A stretch of 64,000 bases of DNA from Nitrospirota bacterium (GCA_963788195.1 CAWBGA010000002.1:128001-192000), one strand, 5' to 3'. Shown: positions 19,898-30,223, numbered from the stretch's first letter. Notes: generated by a model from the letters alone, not told the origin. Numbers and translations: made by a program.

Positions 19898-20779
19898 ATG
19901 AAAACACAGGTAATGAAAAACGTATCCTTCATTAAGCGCAGCAGTGACAGGCACTGGGTGGGCGATGGATTTCCAGTCCGCACCATTTTCTCATACGACG
20001 ACCTTGCGGAGAAAATGAGCCCATTTCTCCTTCTCGACTACGCGGGCCCGGCGACCTTTCCCCCCACGACGCGCCGCCTTGGAGTGGGCGAGCATCCCCA
20101 CCGCGGATTTGAGACCGTCACAATTGTTTACCACGGCGAAGTCGAGCATCGCGATTCTTCGGGCGGAGGCGGAAAAATCGGTCCAGGCGATGTGCAGTGG
20201 ATGACCGCGGCCGCTGGAATCGTGCATGAGGAATTTCACGGGGCCGAGTTTGCAAAGCAGGGTGGCCTCTTTGAGATGATTCAGCTGTGGGTCAATTTGC
20301 CCAAAAAAGACAAGCAGGCGTCCCCTGGATATCAAGGCATCACGGACGCGCAGATCCCTCGAGTTAAGCTTCCTCAGGACGCTGGGAGTGTCCGGGTGAT
20401 CGCCGGCCAGTACGAAGACGCTTCCGGGCCTGCTCATACTTTCAGCCCGATGAACGTCTGGGATGTGAGGCTAAATCCTCAGCGTCGTGCGGAGTTTCAT
20501 GTGCCGAGCGGCTATACCACAGCCTTGTTCGTGCTGAAAGGCCAAATCCGATTGCCTGGAGGGGAACTGGCGGGCGAGGCGGAACTGGTGGTCTTGGAGC
20601 AGGACGGCGAACAGGTCGCCATCGAGGCGCTCGAGAACACAACACTGCTGTTCCTTAACGGAAAGCCCCTGAATGAGCCCATTGTTGGCCGCGGACCGTT
20701 TGTCATGAACACCGAGGCGGAAATCCGGCAGGCGTTTGCAGACTATCAGAGTGGACAAATGGGCCGAATTGTCCATTAA
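19898..20779 (+). CDS. Pirin family protein
   Basis: PFLLLD, HPHRGFETVT, QWMTAAAGIVHEE, QLWVNLP, GPFVMN. Confidence 0.96.
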   Translation: MKTQVMKNVSFIKRSSDRHWVGDGFPVRTIFSYDDLAEKMSPFLLLDYAGPATFPPTTRRLGVGEHPHRGFETVTIVYHGEVEHRDSSGGGGKIGPGDVQWMTAAAGIVHEEFHGAEFAKQGGLFEMIQLWVNLPKKDKQASPGYQGITDAQIPRVKLPQDAGSVRVIAGQYEDASGPAHTFSPMNVWDVRLNPQRRAEFHVPSGYTTALFVLKGQIRLPGGELAGEAELVVLEQDGEQVAIEALENTTLLFLNGKPLNEPIVGRGPFVMNTEAEIRQAFADYQSGQMGRIVH

Positions 20780-20970
20780 TGACAGTCGGCTACTTAGCCT
20801 TTTTGCGATGGGACGCATAAGAAAGTCAGTTTTCAAGAACAGCAGATTTCATCCGACAACGCTTGAATCAATGTCGGCGTTTGCCGTTTTTCAGAAATGG
20901 CCTCTAAAATGGCTTGCGCGAAACCGGTCATTGAAAAAGAGGATGCTTAAGTGATTGAATATCAAACGAT

Positions 20971-21047
20971 GCGCTCGTAGCTCAGTTGGATAGAGCACCA
21001 GCCTTCTAAGCTGGTTGTCGCAGGTTCGATCCCTGCCGGGCGCACCA
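20971..21047 (+). tRNA. tRNA-Arg(TCT)
   Basis: GCGCTCGTAGCTCAGTTGGATAGAGCA-CCAGC-CTTCTAA-GCTGG...GGTTCGATCCCTGCCGGGCGCACCA. Confidence 0.97.
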
Positions 21048-21245
21048 AGCTTTTCAATCTGTTACATCTATCTCTAGATTCTTATTTCGAGATTATGCCG
21101 GTTTTTGTTACGGTTGGAAAAGAGTCAACCCTCTGTTTACCACAACCTACTTCCTGTTAGTACACATTGAATTTTGAAACGTCGCTGGTTAAGAGTTCCA
21201 AGCGGGAGCAACCTAGATACGTAAGCCCCCCGCGAACTGTTCTGG

Positions 21246-21313
21246 TGAACAATATTGAACATACCGGACGAATCGACAGATCATCCCAGTGTTCTGATGA
21301 GCAATATTGAAGA
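21246..21313 (+). promoter_or_regulatory. Two copies of the putative Crp/Fnr-type site
   Basis: TGAACAATATTGAACA (21246-21261) and TGAGCAATATTGAAGA (21298-21313); the second lies 21 bp before TATAAG. Confidence 0.65.
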
Positions 21314-21388
21314 GACTAGTAATATTTACTGTGGTATAAGCAATGGGGAATGCAAACATGGACACAGGCGAACAAAGAGGGAAAATCT

Positions 21389-21506
21389 ATGCGGGGGCAA
21401 GCTCTGAATCCAACTCCTGAAGTCGTAGCATAAATGTGTTGAAACTTATCAAGAAGGAACAATTGCAGTAGCTGAACCTAATCCGGTCAGGGACAATTAC
21501 ACGTAG
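21389..21506 (+). CDS. Small KCVETY-family peptide, copy 1 (one extra base near 21428)
   Basis: MRGQALNPTPEVV then, shifted +1, HKCVETYQEGTIAVAEPNPVRDNYT*; homologous to 24284-24439 including upstream DNA. Confidence 0.55.
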
Positions 21507-21507
21507 A

Positions 21508-23065
21508 GTGCCCGGACTAGTCATAGCTGGCGACGCGCCTGGCACCTGGCTGTGCGTGACCAGATCCTGGCATGGAGAGTTCCGGTGGATGCTCCTCACG
21601 GGCATTCTCACAGTTGCTCTTTTGACCCCGTGGGCGGCGTTCGCCGAGGAACCCCCCTCACCCCCCGTGGCCCAGTCGCCGGAGTCGCAATCGCCTTCAG
21701 AGACCGCTCCGGTGCCTCTGCCAAAGGTACCGAAGACGGTTCTGTCCTGGGAGACGGGGGCCGGCCGGAGCTACGTCATCCCGGCCCTCGAGGTCGTGGG
21801 ATACCTCTTCCTGCTCAATTGGTACGACCGCAACTATCTCGATGACAAACAGGTCTACCGCACGGACGGCAACACCTTTTGGAAGCACTTGACCGATTCG
21901 AAGTGGGTCATCGACGACGACCAGTTCGAAATAAACCAGTTCCTGCATCCGTACGGCGGCACGGTCTACTACGGCTTGGCGCGATCGGCCGGTCTCAACT
22001 TTTGGGAATCGTTCCTCTATACCGCCGCCGGTAGTTTTCTCTGGGAGCTCGGGGGCGAGACCGGCCCACCGTCCATCAACGACCAGATCACGACCACCTT
22101 CGGGGGAACTTTCCTGGGCGAGCCGCTCTTCCGGATGGCCAGCCTGTTGCTCGAAGGTGGCGGCGGCAAGCCCGGATTCTGGCGCGAGCTCGGTGCGGCG
22201 GTGATCTCGCCACCCACCGGCTTCAACCGGCTCGTCTTCGGCAAGAGGTTCGATGCGGTGTTCCCGAGCCACGATCCGGCCATCTTCACGCGGTTTCAGG
22301 TCGGCGGGACCCTGACCTCGCTCTTCAACACCCAGATCTTCTCAAAGGACATCAAACATAATGGAGTGATCGCAGACTTCTCCCTCGCCTACGGCCTTCC
22401 CGGAAAGCCCGGCTATACGCTACACGCGGCCTTTCGACTATTTCGATTTCCAATTCACCGCCGCCACCGCCAACGTCTTCGAGAGCATCAAGACGCGGGG
22501 GCTCCTTTTCGGAACTGACTATGCGGTCGGCGACTCGACCCGCGGGCTGTGGGGCCTTTACGGGAGCTACGACTATATATCGCCGCAGGTCTTCCGCGTT
22601 TCGAGCGCGGCTCTCTCGCTCGGAACTACGTGGCAGTCGTGGCTTTCTCGTGCAGTAGCGCTCCAGGGCACGGCGCTCGCCGGTGCCGGTTACGGCGCGG
22701 CCGGCAGCGTCCACATCACTGGTGATCGCGACTATCACTATGGCGCTACGCCGCAGGCGCTTCTGGCTCTCCGTCTCATCTTCGGCGACAGGGCCATGAT
22801 CGACGTCACGGGGCGCGAGTACTATGTCACCGGCGTGCTCTCCCCCGAGCCAAATGCATGGGAGAACATCGTGCGCGGAGACATGTCGTTCACGTGGCGC
22901 ATTTATGGCCGCCATGGAGTGGCGCTTCAGTATGCCGTCTCACACCGGGACGCCCACTATCCGTTCGTCGAAATCAGGGACCAGACGGTCGGAACATTCA
23001 GCCTCGCCTACGTTTTCCTTGGATCCACGGGGTTCGGTGCGGTGGAGTGGCGCGGTTTGCAATAA
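21508..23065 (+). CDS. DUF3943-like outer-membrane/secreted protein, frameshifted near 22420
   Basis: DDDQFEINQFLHPYGG..YYGLARSAG..WE..E..PSINDQITT..GE. Reading continues in another frame to the stop at 23065. Start probably later (about 21589). Confidence 0.75.
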
Positions 23066-23075
23066 TCTCCCGCTG

Positions 23076-23091
23076 TGAGCAATTTTGAATA
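23076..23091 (+). promoter_or_regulatory. Putative Crp/Fnr-type site
   Basis: TGAGCAATTTTGAATA followed by GAC; TACTAT 23 bp downstream. Confidence 0.55.
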
Positions 23092-23331
23092 GACCGCATT
23101 CTGTCCTGGAGGCATACTATAGCCAAGATTTCTGGTGGTCGCATGACCTGCCGGGCTTGCCCGGTCGCCCTCAACTCGTATGAATGATGGTTCAAAGAAC
23201 AGTAGGGCACACTCACCTAATGTTTAGCCTGAAGAGCTCTGAGGACCGTAGACCCTGCCCGTCCATAGCAGCCCTTGTTGTATTGATGGCCGTTCTCGCT
23301 TACCTCCGCTGCAGATGCCGCTCCTGTCGCG

Positions 23332-24072
23332 GTGCGGTTTCCTGAAGGCCTTGTCCATGGCTATCTTCTCGTGCGTTCGCTCGACGGGGAGACAATTGGC
23401 CAGGGTGAGTTAACCCAAGTCGTCAAGAAGCGAGGTCTTGTCGAAAGTCATTTGGTCTTCCGTTTCAACGACGGCTCTTTGCACGATGAGACAGTAACCT
23501 TCTCGCAACAGCGTGTTTTTAAGATGATCCGCTATCGTCTCATCCAGCGCGGCCCTTTGTTTCCGGAACAGATTGACGTCTCGATAGACCGAGGTACAGC
23601 TGAATACAAGGTTCGATCTCCAGCGGGCAAGGATGGGAAAGAGGAGGTCTGCACCGGGCACTTGGATCTCCCGAAGGATGTGTACAACGGCATGCTTGTC
23701 GTGGTGTTGAAGAACCTACTGAAAGGTGCCAATGAGACGGTCAACATTCTCGCGTTTACACCGGCGCCGCAGGCAATCAAACTGGAGCTCCTTTTAATGG
23801 ATGAGCAAACCGTCAATATTGGCGACTTGTCGAGCAAGGCGACCCGGTACGTCTTTAAGCCTCAGATCGGAATGATCCAGGAGTTTTTTGGTAAGATCGC
23901 CGGCAAGTTGCCCGCCGATTTACACTATGACTGTTGGATCGTGACCGGTGAGGTGCCGAGTTTCGTGCAAATGGAAGGGCCGTTGCAACTCATGGGGCCG
24001 GTCGTCCGAATCGAACTCGTGAGTCCTCGGCTGCCTGCAAGGCCAGAAGACAAGAAGATTGCTGCAAACTGA
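23332..24072 (+). CDS. Hypothetical exported protein; signal peptide probably upstream across a frameshift
   Basis: 246-aa ORF; an upstream frame from about 23220 encodes ..SIAALVVLMAVLAY. Confidence 0.65.
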   Translation: MRFPEGLVHGYLLVRSLDGETIGQGELTQVVKKRGLVESHLVFRFNDGSLHDETVTFSQQRVFKMIRYRLIQRGPLFPEQIDVSIDRGTAEYKVRSPAGKDGKEEVCTGHLDLPKDVYNGMLVVVLKNLLKGANETVNILAFTPAPQAIKLELLLMDEQTVNIGDLSSKATRYVFKPQIGMIQEFFGKIAGKLPADLHYDCWIVTGEVPSFVQMEGPLQLMGPVVRIELVSPRLPARPEDKKIAAN

Positions 24073-24192
24073 CATGGTCGGCACGTCCAGAGTAGTTCAG
24101 TCCACTTCTGCAAGCAATTTTGCCCATGCCGCATCGTAACATTCCTGATATATCAAATAGATGCAACCGACTAATTATTAAAATGTCGATGG

Positions 24193-24208
24193 TGAGCAAT
24201 ATTGAACA
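24193..24208 (+). promoter_or_regulatory. Putative Crp/Fnr-type site
   Basis: TGAGCAATATTGAACA; TATAAA 22 bp downstream. Confidence 0.7.
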
Positions 24209-24283
24209 TGACTAGATATATTTACTTTGGTATAAATATGAGTATTAAAAGATGACACCTATGCGAACACGAAGGAGATTGCT

Positions 24284-24439
24284 ATGAGTGATGAAGGCCG
24301 GGATCCGGGAGGCCAGGAAGCCCCAACAACATCTGAGAGCCAGGAAACCTCTGAAATCGTGCATAAGTGCGTTGAAACTTACCAGAAAGTGGCCACTGTA
24401 GTAGCAAACCCTAAGGTGGTCATAAATAATTACACATAA
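24284..24439 (+). CDS. Small KCVETY-family peptide, copy 2 (51 aa)
   Basis: GAAGGAG RBS; MSDEGRDPGGQEAPTTSESQETSEIVHKCVETYQKVATVVANPKVVINNYT*. Confidence 0.7.
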   Translation: MSDEGRDPGGQEAPTTSESQETSEIVHKCVETYQKVATVVANPKVVINNYT

Positions 24440-24460
24440 CATCGTAGATTGGTCGGTTTG

Positions 24461-24476
24461 TGAGCAAAATTGAACA
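24461..24476 (+). promoter_or_regulatory. Putative Crp/Fnr-type site
   Basis: TGAGCAAAATTGAACA followed by GAC; TATAAA 21 bp downstream. Confidence 0.7.
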
Positions 24477-24540
24477 GACTCGCCATCCTGATTCCTATAT
24501 AAAAGATATACATAAAGGTACCTAATTAAAGGAGACCTAT

Positions 24541-24696
24541 TTGCAGGACGAGTTGAGCGATGAGCATCGAACGGATGGTGGAGAAACTGGAAAGCCTGAA
24601 TATTCCGAGCTCCTGCGAAAATGTGTCCAGACCTATCGCGATGTGACGACGCTCCGGCCGAGCACCGGGGACAGAGTACTGGATTACGTCACGTAG
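24541..24696 (+). CDS. Small KCVETY-family peptide, copy 3 (51 aa, TTG start)
   Basis: AAAGGAG RBS; MQDELSDEHRTDGGETGKPEYSELLRKCVQTYRDVTTLRPSTGDRVLDYVT*. Confidence 0.7.
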   Translation: MQDELSDEHRTDGGETGKPEYSELLRKCVQTYRDVTTLRPSTGDRVLDYVT

Positions 24697-24717
24697 ACTG
24701 AGGCCGGCTCCTTTCCC

Positions 24718-24860
24718 TTTTACACCCGCCCAACCCTGAAATCATTGAAATCATTTCGACCCCTTGCAAGTGAAGGCAAGGGCTGCACCCGCCATTCCAG
24801 CAAGGACTCCACTCACCCTTCCCCGGACGGTGGAGAGAGTGATCTTTGCCGGGGGCGGTG
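24718..24860 (+). repeat. Mosaic intergenic repeat copy
   Basis: TACACCCGCCC..CCCTG..GAAATCATTTCGACCCCTTGCA..GAAGGCAAGGG; matches 31590-31690 (reverse) and 34040-34080. Confidence 0.75.
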
Positions 24861-24901
24861 TCCTGGCTGTATCATTCCGCTGTGTACCATGACACCATGA
24901 C

Positions 24902-26107
24902 TTGGTGAAGAAGGGACGTATGCGCGGGTTTGTGACCGGCCTGTTCGTGCTGGCGAGCGTAACCCTGGCGTCGGCCAGTCCGTTTATTGATGCGCTGAAA
25001 TCCGACCTCAATGTCTACAAGGAACCTGCCTTGCCGGCGATGGGGCCGCGGGGGAGCAAAGTTGTCGATCCCACGTTTGGCACCACGATCCTGCGCGTGA
25101 CGGACGCAGACGATGGCGGCGACTGCATCGTGGAATATGCCTATTGGCCCGCGGTGAACAAGGACAGTACGAGGGTCATGGTCCTGTGCGCCTCGGTGCA
25201 GGAAGGGTCGTATTTCGCCCGGTTCTACACGCTGAACGCGACGGCGTTCACGGTGTCTAGCGGCACGACGCTCTCCAGTTCTCCGTCAGGAGATAGCGTC
25301 AAGCACTCGGACGCGATCTGGAGCGGGGTCACGTCGGACCTTATGTATTTCCACTCCGACACTGCGCTCTACAGCTATCAGGTGGCCATGAAGGTGTGGA
25401 CGAAGATCAAGCAGTTTAATGGCCTCCCCAGTGGAGGGCGTCTGCAGCAGATGAGCAAGAGCATCGACGATAACGTCTTTGGTTGGCACACGACCGGCGG
25501 GAGTTTTCTCACCTGGACGCGCAGTACCGATACCACGTTTGCCAAGCAGGTGAACAACATCAACGAAGTGCAGGTCGATAAGACGGGGCGCTATCTGACT
25601 GTCATCCGAGACAGCGGAGGCCCCCAGGTGTGGGATCTGCAAACAGGCACGATGGTGCAGTTAGACGCCGACGTGGATGGCTTCTTTCACTATGACTCCG
25701 GGCGAGCGGGTCTGTTCAACGTGGACGACAATTCCGCGGCGGCGTATCGGTCACTGGCGACTCCGCGTAAGCTGGTCTCCGCCCTGCCGGGGACATTTAG
25801 TCGCGCCGATCAAAACCATCATCACTCCATGCAGGCGGATAACGATGGTTGGGCGCTGATCTCCCGCCAGTCCACGACCGGCTCGGGTGTGACGAAAGCC
25901 TTTGACAACGAGCTTGTTCAGGTGGCAACCGATGGTTCAGGCAAGGTGCGCCGCATTGCGCATCACCGGAGCGTGTTTAACGATTATTACGACGAGCCGC
26001 ACGCGAGCATCAGCCGGGATGGCCAGTTTGTGGCGTTCACGAGCAACTGGGGCCAAGCCAGCGGCCGGCGTGATGTGTACCTCGTGCGAATACCACCGGC
26101 ACCCTAA
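24902..26107 (+). CDS. Secreted beta-propeller protein (TolB/oligogalacturonate-lyase-like fold)
   Basis: Signal peptide; DPTFGTTILRVTD; C-terminal VRRIAHHRS..YYDEPHASISRDGQFVAFTSNWG. Confidence 0.7.
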   Translation: MVKKGRMRGFVTGLFVLASVTLASASPFIDALKSDLNVYKEPALPAMGPRGSKVVDPTFGTTILRVTDADDGGDCIVEYAYWPAVNKDSTRVMVLCASVQEGSYFARFYTLNATAFTVSSGTTLSSSPSGDSVKHSDAIWSGVTSDLMYFHSDTALYSYQVAMKVWTKIKQFNGLPSGGRLQQMSKSIDDNVFGWHTTGGSFLTWTRSTDTTFAKQVNNINEVQVDKTGRYLTVIRDSGGPQVWDLQTGTMVQLDADVDGFFHYDSGRAGLFNVDDNSAAAYRSLATPRKLVSALPGTFSRADQNHHHSMQADNDGWALISRQSTTGSGVTKAFDNELVQVATDGSGKVRRIAHHRSVFNDYYDEPHASISRDGQFVAFTSNWGQASGRRDVYLVRIPPAP

Positions 26108-26328
26108 GCCCCTTCACCCGCGCTTTTCTCGCGTCCGCCGTATGCTGGATCGTCCAATAATTTTTACCTCCCGATCTCGCGAGCTAATAATTACGTAAGA
26201 TATTATTCATACATTGTTTCATTGGGCGTCGACGGCCTTCAAAAGCTTTTACCGGCACCGTAATTATGATATATATACTTAATACTGTAAATCTAATGCG
26301 CAAGAAGGAGCAGTCATGCAACAGAGTC

Positions 26329-28064
26329 ATGAAGAGGAAGACGAAAATAGCTCATCGATCCGGTCCGGCTAAGATAGCGACAGATATGCCGGGATTTGAT
26401 GCGCTCACACGCGGGGGATTGCCCAGGGGCCGGACGACTCTGGTCATAGGTGGTGCCGGTTCGGGCAAAACGGTCTTCGCTCTTCAGACCCTCGTGAGCG
26501 GGGCGCGTCGGCGGGAAGAGCCCGGCATTTTCGTCGCCTTTGAGGAAAATGACAAGGAGATCATCGCGAATGCCGCCTCCTTCGGCTGGGACCTGCCTGG
26601 CCTGGAGAAAAGGAAGCTGTTTTTCCTGAATGCCCATCTATCCCCGGCGGTGATCCAGTCCGGTGCGTTCGACTTGACCGGCATGTTGGCCATCCTTAAA
26701 GCAAAGCAGCGGGAGATGCGCGCCACGTGGATCGTGTTTGACGGACTCGATGTGCTGCTGACACTGCTGGCAAATCCGGCCTCAGAACTTCAGGAAATTT
26801 ACCGAATCCGGGACTGGTTAGTGGAAAACAAGCTGACGGGCATCCTGACGGCCAAAATCGGTCTTGATAAGGTGAGCCAGACGGACTACGGCTTCATGCA
26901 GTTCATGGCTGATTGCGTGATCAAACTCGAACAACGCGTGGAGGAAGGGGTCTCCGTGCGCCGGCTCCAAATATTGAAATATCGGGGTTCGGATTTCGCA
27001 ACCGGTGAATATCCGCTGAGTATCGGGCAGGACGGGATGGAGGTGGCCATCCCGGAGACACGAGAACTAGGCGAGGAAGTCACAAAGGAACGTATTTCTG
27101 CCGGCTTTCCACGCCTGGATGTGATGCTGGGCGGTGGCATTTTCCGCGGCAGTAGTACCCTCATCACGGGCGCGCCCGGTACGGCCAAGACGACGTTGGC
27201 GGCGAAGTTTGCCGAGGCCGCCTGTAAGCGGGGCGAACGAACCTTGTATGTGAGCTTTGACGAAGGACAAGCGACGATCATGCGGAATCTGACGTCGGTC
27301 GGATCCATTTCGAGAAACTCGTCAAGTCCGGGCTTCTGAGAATTTATTCGGAACGCACGGAATCAGGCAGCACCGAAGCGCACATGATACGCCTCAGAGA
27401 GGCGATCAATGAGCATCGTCCTCGCTGCATGGTGATTGATCCGCTGTCGGCCGTGGCCAAGACCGGAGGCCTCAGCGCAGTCCGTAGTGTTGCAAACCGG
27501 CTTATGTACCTGATGAAGGACAACAATATCACCATCATGATCACCGCACTCGTCCCGGGCGAGGATCGGGCTGAGGAACCCGAGGGATTTTCTGTTTCGA
27601 CAATGGCAGATACCTGGATCCACCTCTCGTACCTGGTCGGCGGCGGCGAACGAAACAGGGCGCTGACCATCATCAAATCCAGGGGAACGTGGCATTCGAA
27701 CCAGGTGCGCGAGCTCATCCTGACCGACGCCGGCCCGTTTCTGACAGACATATATTCCGAACAGGGTGAAGTCCTGATGGGCACGTTGCGTTGGCAAAAG
27801 GAGGCGCAGGAGAAACTCAGAGAGACACAGCGTCGCGCCCAATTTGATTATAAACGCCGCGACCTTAAAATGGCCGAAGCGGAAACACAGCTTCGGATTA
27901 AAGCCTTGCAGCGCGATCTCGAGAGGCAGCGGATCGAGCTGGTGAACCTCACCGGTGAAGAGAAAATCGATCCTCACGCTGTGACAAGAGATGCGAGTAA
28001 AAGTCGCAGGGCCCTCGGCGCAAATGTCGGCATGCGGCGGGGAGGGGGACAACATGACGCCTAA
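26329..28064 (+). CDS. kaiC: KaiC-family double-domain ATPase/kinase (KaiC2-like), one missing base near 27301
   Basis: CI GGAGSGKT and AFEE; CII GAPGTAKT and SFDE; VSTMADTWIHL keeps the ST phosphosite pair; RNRALTIIKSRG; C-terminal coiled-coil extension. Restoring one G joins the two ORFs (TSVG-IHFEKLVKSGLLRI). Confidence 0.92.
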
Positions 28065-28154
28065 CCCCACTACTCACCTATCACGTGTGACGCGCCTGGC
28101 TGCCTCGTCTTCGGTGAAGAAAGCGTTAACAGGTGCTCGAACAGGGGCCGTGAG

Positions 28155-28292
28155 GATGGGAAAAGGGGCGCGTCCCTCGGGAAGAGAGGCTGTCTTGGCA
28201 GGCTCGGGGCGGGCGGGTGAGATAGCGACACGGGCTGGGCGGGTGCAATGGGACAAGAGGCCGTCCCGGCGGCCTCGGGGTGGGCGGGTGTA
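28155..28292 (-). repeat. Mosaic repeat copy between kaiC and kaiB
   Basis: GGCTGTCTTGGCAGGCTCGGGGCGGGCGGGTG and GGGTGGGCGGGTGTAATG. Confidence 0.8.
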
Positions 28293-28622
28293 ATGATCCG
28301 CGGCAGGAAAAAAGATAGCGGATTCAGCCTCCGCACACGTGCGACCAGGCTTGTGATGCGTCTGTTCGTCGCAGGACACGCGCCCAACTCGGTTCAGGCC
28401 ATGGCTAATCTCAAGGCGATATGCCGGCAATACTTGGACCACAACTACAGTCTGGAAATCATCGACACCCTCGAAGATCCATTTCGCGCATTGGCCGATG
28501 GGGTTCTCATTACACCCACTCTCGTCAAGGTGTCTCCGAAACCAGCCACGAAAGTCGTCGGCAATCTCAGCGAGAAGAGCGCTGTGCTGCTCGCCCTCGG
28601 AATCAAAGAAAAACTAGGATGA
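28293..28622 (+). CDS. kaiB: Circadian clock protein KaiB family
   Basis: RLFVAGHAPNSVQAMANLKAIC..YSLEIID..P..A..D.VLITPTLVK..P.P..KVVGNLS. Confidence 0.93.
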   Translation: MIRGRKKDSGFSLRTRATRLVMRLFVAGHAPNSVQAMANLKAICRQYLDHNYSLEIIDTLEDPFRALADGVLITPTLVKVSPKPATKVVGNLSEKSAVLLALGIKEKLG

Positions 28623-29786
28623 AACCAAAGCTCCGCGCGCCGAAGCCCTCTCGCATGAAGGGCCAGGCCGGGTTTGAGGATCTGATCCGGCGGCTCGCTC
28701 AGGGGGATTCGGCGCTTCAGGCGATGGAATCGGGCCAGGTTGACGCGATTATTGACCCGACGACAGGCAAGGCCATTCTGCTGCACAAAGCGCAGGAGGC
28801 GCTATGCGAGAGCGAGGCGCGCTTCCGCGCCATCTTCGATCACGCCAAAGACGTGATGTACACGGTCGAGCCGGATGGAACGTTTTCCTTCATCAGCCCT
28901 GCCTTCGAGCCCATATCTGGATGGTCTTCGGCTGAATGGATCGGCCGGCCATTCGCGTCCATTGTGCACCCGGATGACCGGCCGCGCGCATTGGTGATCT
29001 TCAACAAAGCGTTATCGGGACAAGCGACCTCCCTATTCGAGATGCGCATGGCGCGTAAATCAGGGAGCTATTGGGATGCCGAGATCAGCACGGTCCCGCT
29101 GATCCGCCATGGCACGACGGTCATGCTCGGCGTCGGCCACGATGTGAGCGAGCGCAAGGCCGTTCTGGCCAACGCAGGGGAAGGAAGGATCATTGCGGAG
29201 TACGAGAAGGACCAGGCCGTCTTTTCGCAAGGCGAGCCGGCGGATGCCCTGTTTTATATCCAGAAAGGCAAGATCAAGCTCTCGATCAGCTCCCCACACG
29301 GGAAAGAAGCGGTCATCGCCATTTTGGGAACTGACGACTTCTTTGGGGAGGGATGCCTGGCGGGGCAGCCTCTGCGCATGGCCACAGCCAAGACCATGAC
29401 CGAATGCTCGATCGTTCGGCTGGAGAAAAACTACACGATCCGTGTGCTGCACGAGCAGCCGGAATTTTCTGAGCTGTTTCTCTCCTATATGCTCTCCCGC
29501 AACCGGCGGCTGGAGGAGGATCTGGTGGATCAGCTCTTCAACTCCAGTGAGAAGAGACTGGCGCGGCGTCCTGCTCCAGCTGGCTAACTTTGGGAAAGAA
29601 GGCAAACCTGAGCCGGTGATTCCGAAGATAAGTCAGGAAACGCTGGCGGAGATCATCGGCACCACTCGCTCCCGCGTCAGCTTTTTCATGAACAAGTTTC
29701 GCAAGCTGGGCCTCATCGACTACAAGGACGGCATGGCCGGCTTGGAGGTTCACAGCGCGCTGCTGAATATCGTCCTCCACGACTGA
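28619..29786 (+). CDS. PAS domain::Crp/Fnr transcription factor fusion, extra base near 29565
   Basis: ATGA overlap with the kaiB stop; PAS (IVHPDD..DVSERK); cNMP domain (VFSQGEPADALFYIQKG..FFGEGCL); HTH ISQETLAEIIGTTRSRVSFFMNKFRKLG in the shifted frame. Confidence 0.88.
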
Positions 29787-29985
29787 GGCGATATGATCCG
29801 TTCTCTTTTCAATTATCATCTCGACAGAAATACTTCCTGCCTAGTCCGCCACCGCATCCTTCCCGCTAACACGCGGATTCCATGAAAAAACGTATAGGAA
29901 ATATGACAAATTGCGTAATTTTTACCGCCATGGTCTTTATGTTTTCATATAGTTATCGGCCCGACTGTCAAAACATATACTTTTG

Positions 29986-30001
29986 TGAGCAATATTGAAC
30001 A
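29986..30001 (+). promoter_or_regulatory. Putative Crp/Fnr-type site
   Basis: TGAGCAATATTGAACA followed by GAC; TATAAC 21 bp downstream. Confidence 0.7.
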
Positions 30002-30064
30002 GACCAGGCGCGGGGACTGCGCTATAACAATACACGTACATATACTATCCCAAGGGGGAACACT

Positions 30065-30223
30065 ATGATTTCGGAAGTACGGCATACGGCGGGTCAAGAA
30101 GGTGAAGGACGATCAGAGCAACGGTCAAGATATGAGAGCATACGAAAAACTTCCAAAAGCTATCTGCAGGTATTCAAATCCTTCATCAATAGAGCCTCTG
30201 CCAGTGGGCAAAGCAAGTTCTGA
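30065..30223 (+). CDS. Small 52-aa peptide, possible divergent fourth member of the KCVETY family
   Basis: AGGGGG RBS; MISEVRHTAGQEGEGRSEQRSRYESIRKTSKSYLQVFKSFINRASASGQSKF*. Confidence 0.5.
   Translation: MISEVRHTAGQEGEGRSEQRSRYESIRKTSKSYLQVFKSFINRASASGQSKF

Noticed and set aside
26329..28622. Claim of a true circadian clock
   Set aside because: No kaiA in the window, and sequence alone cannot show self-sustained oscillation.
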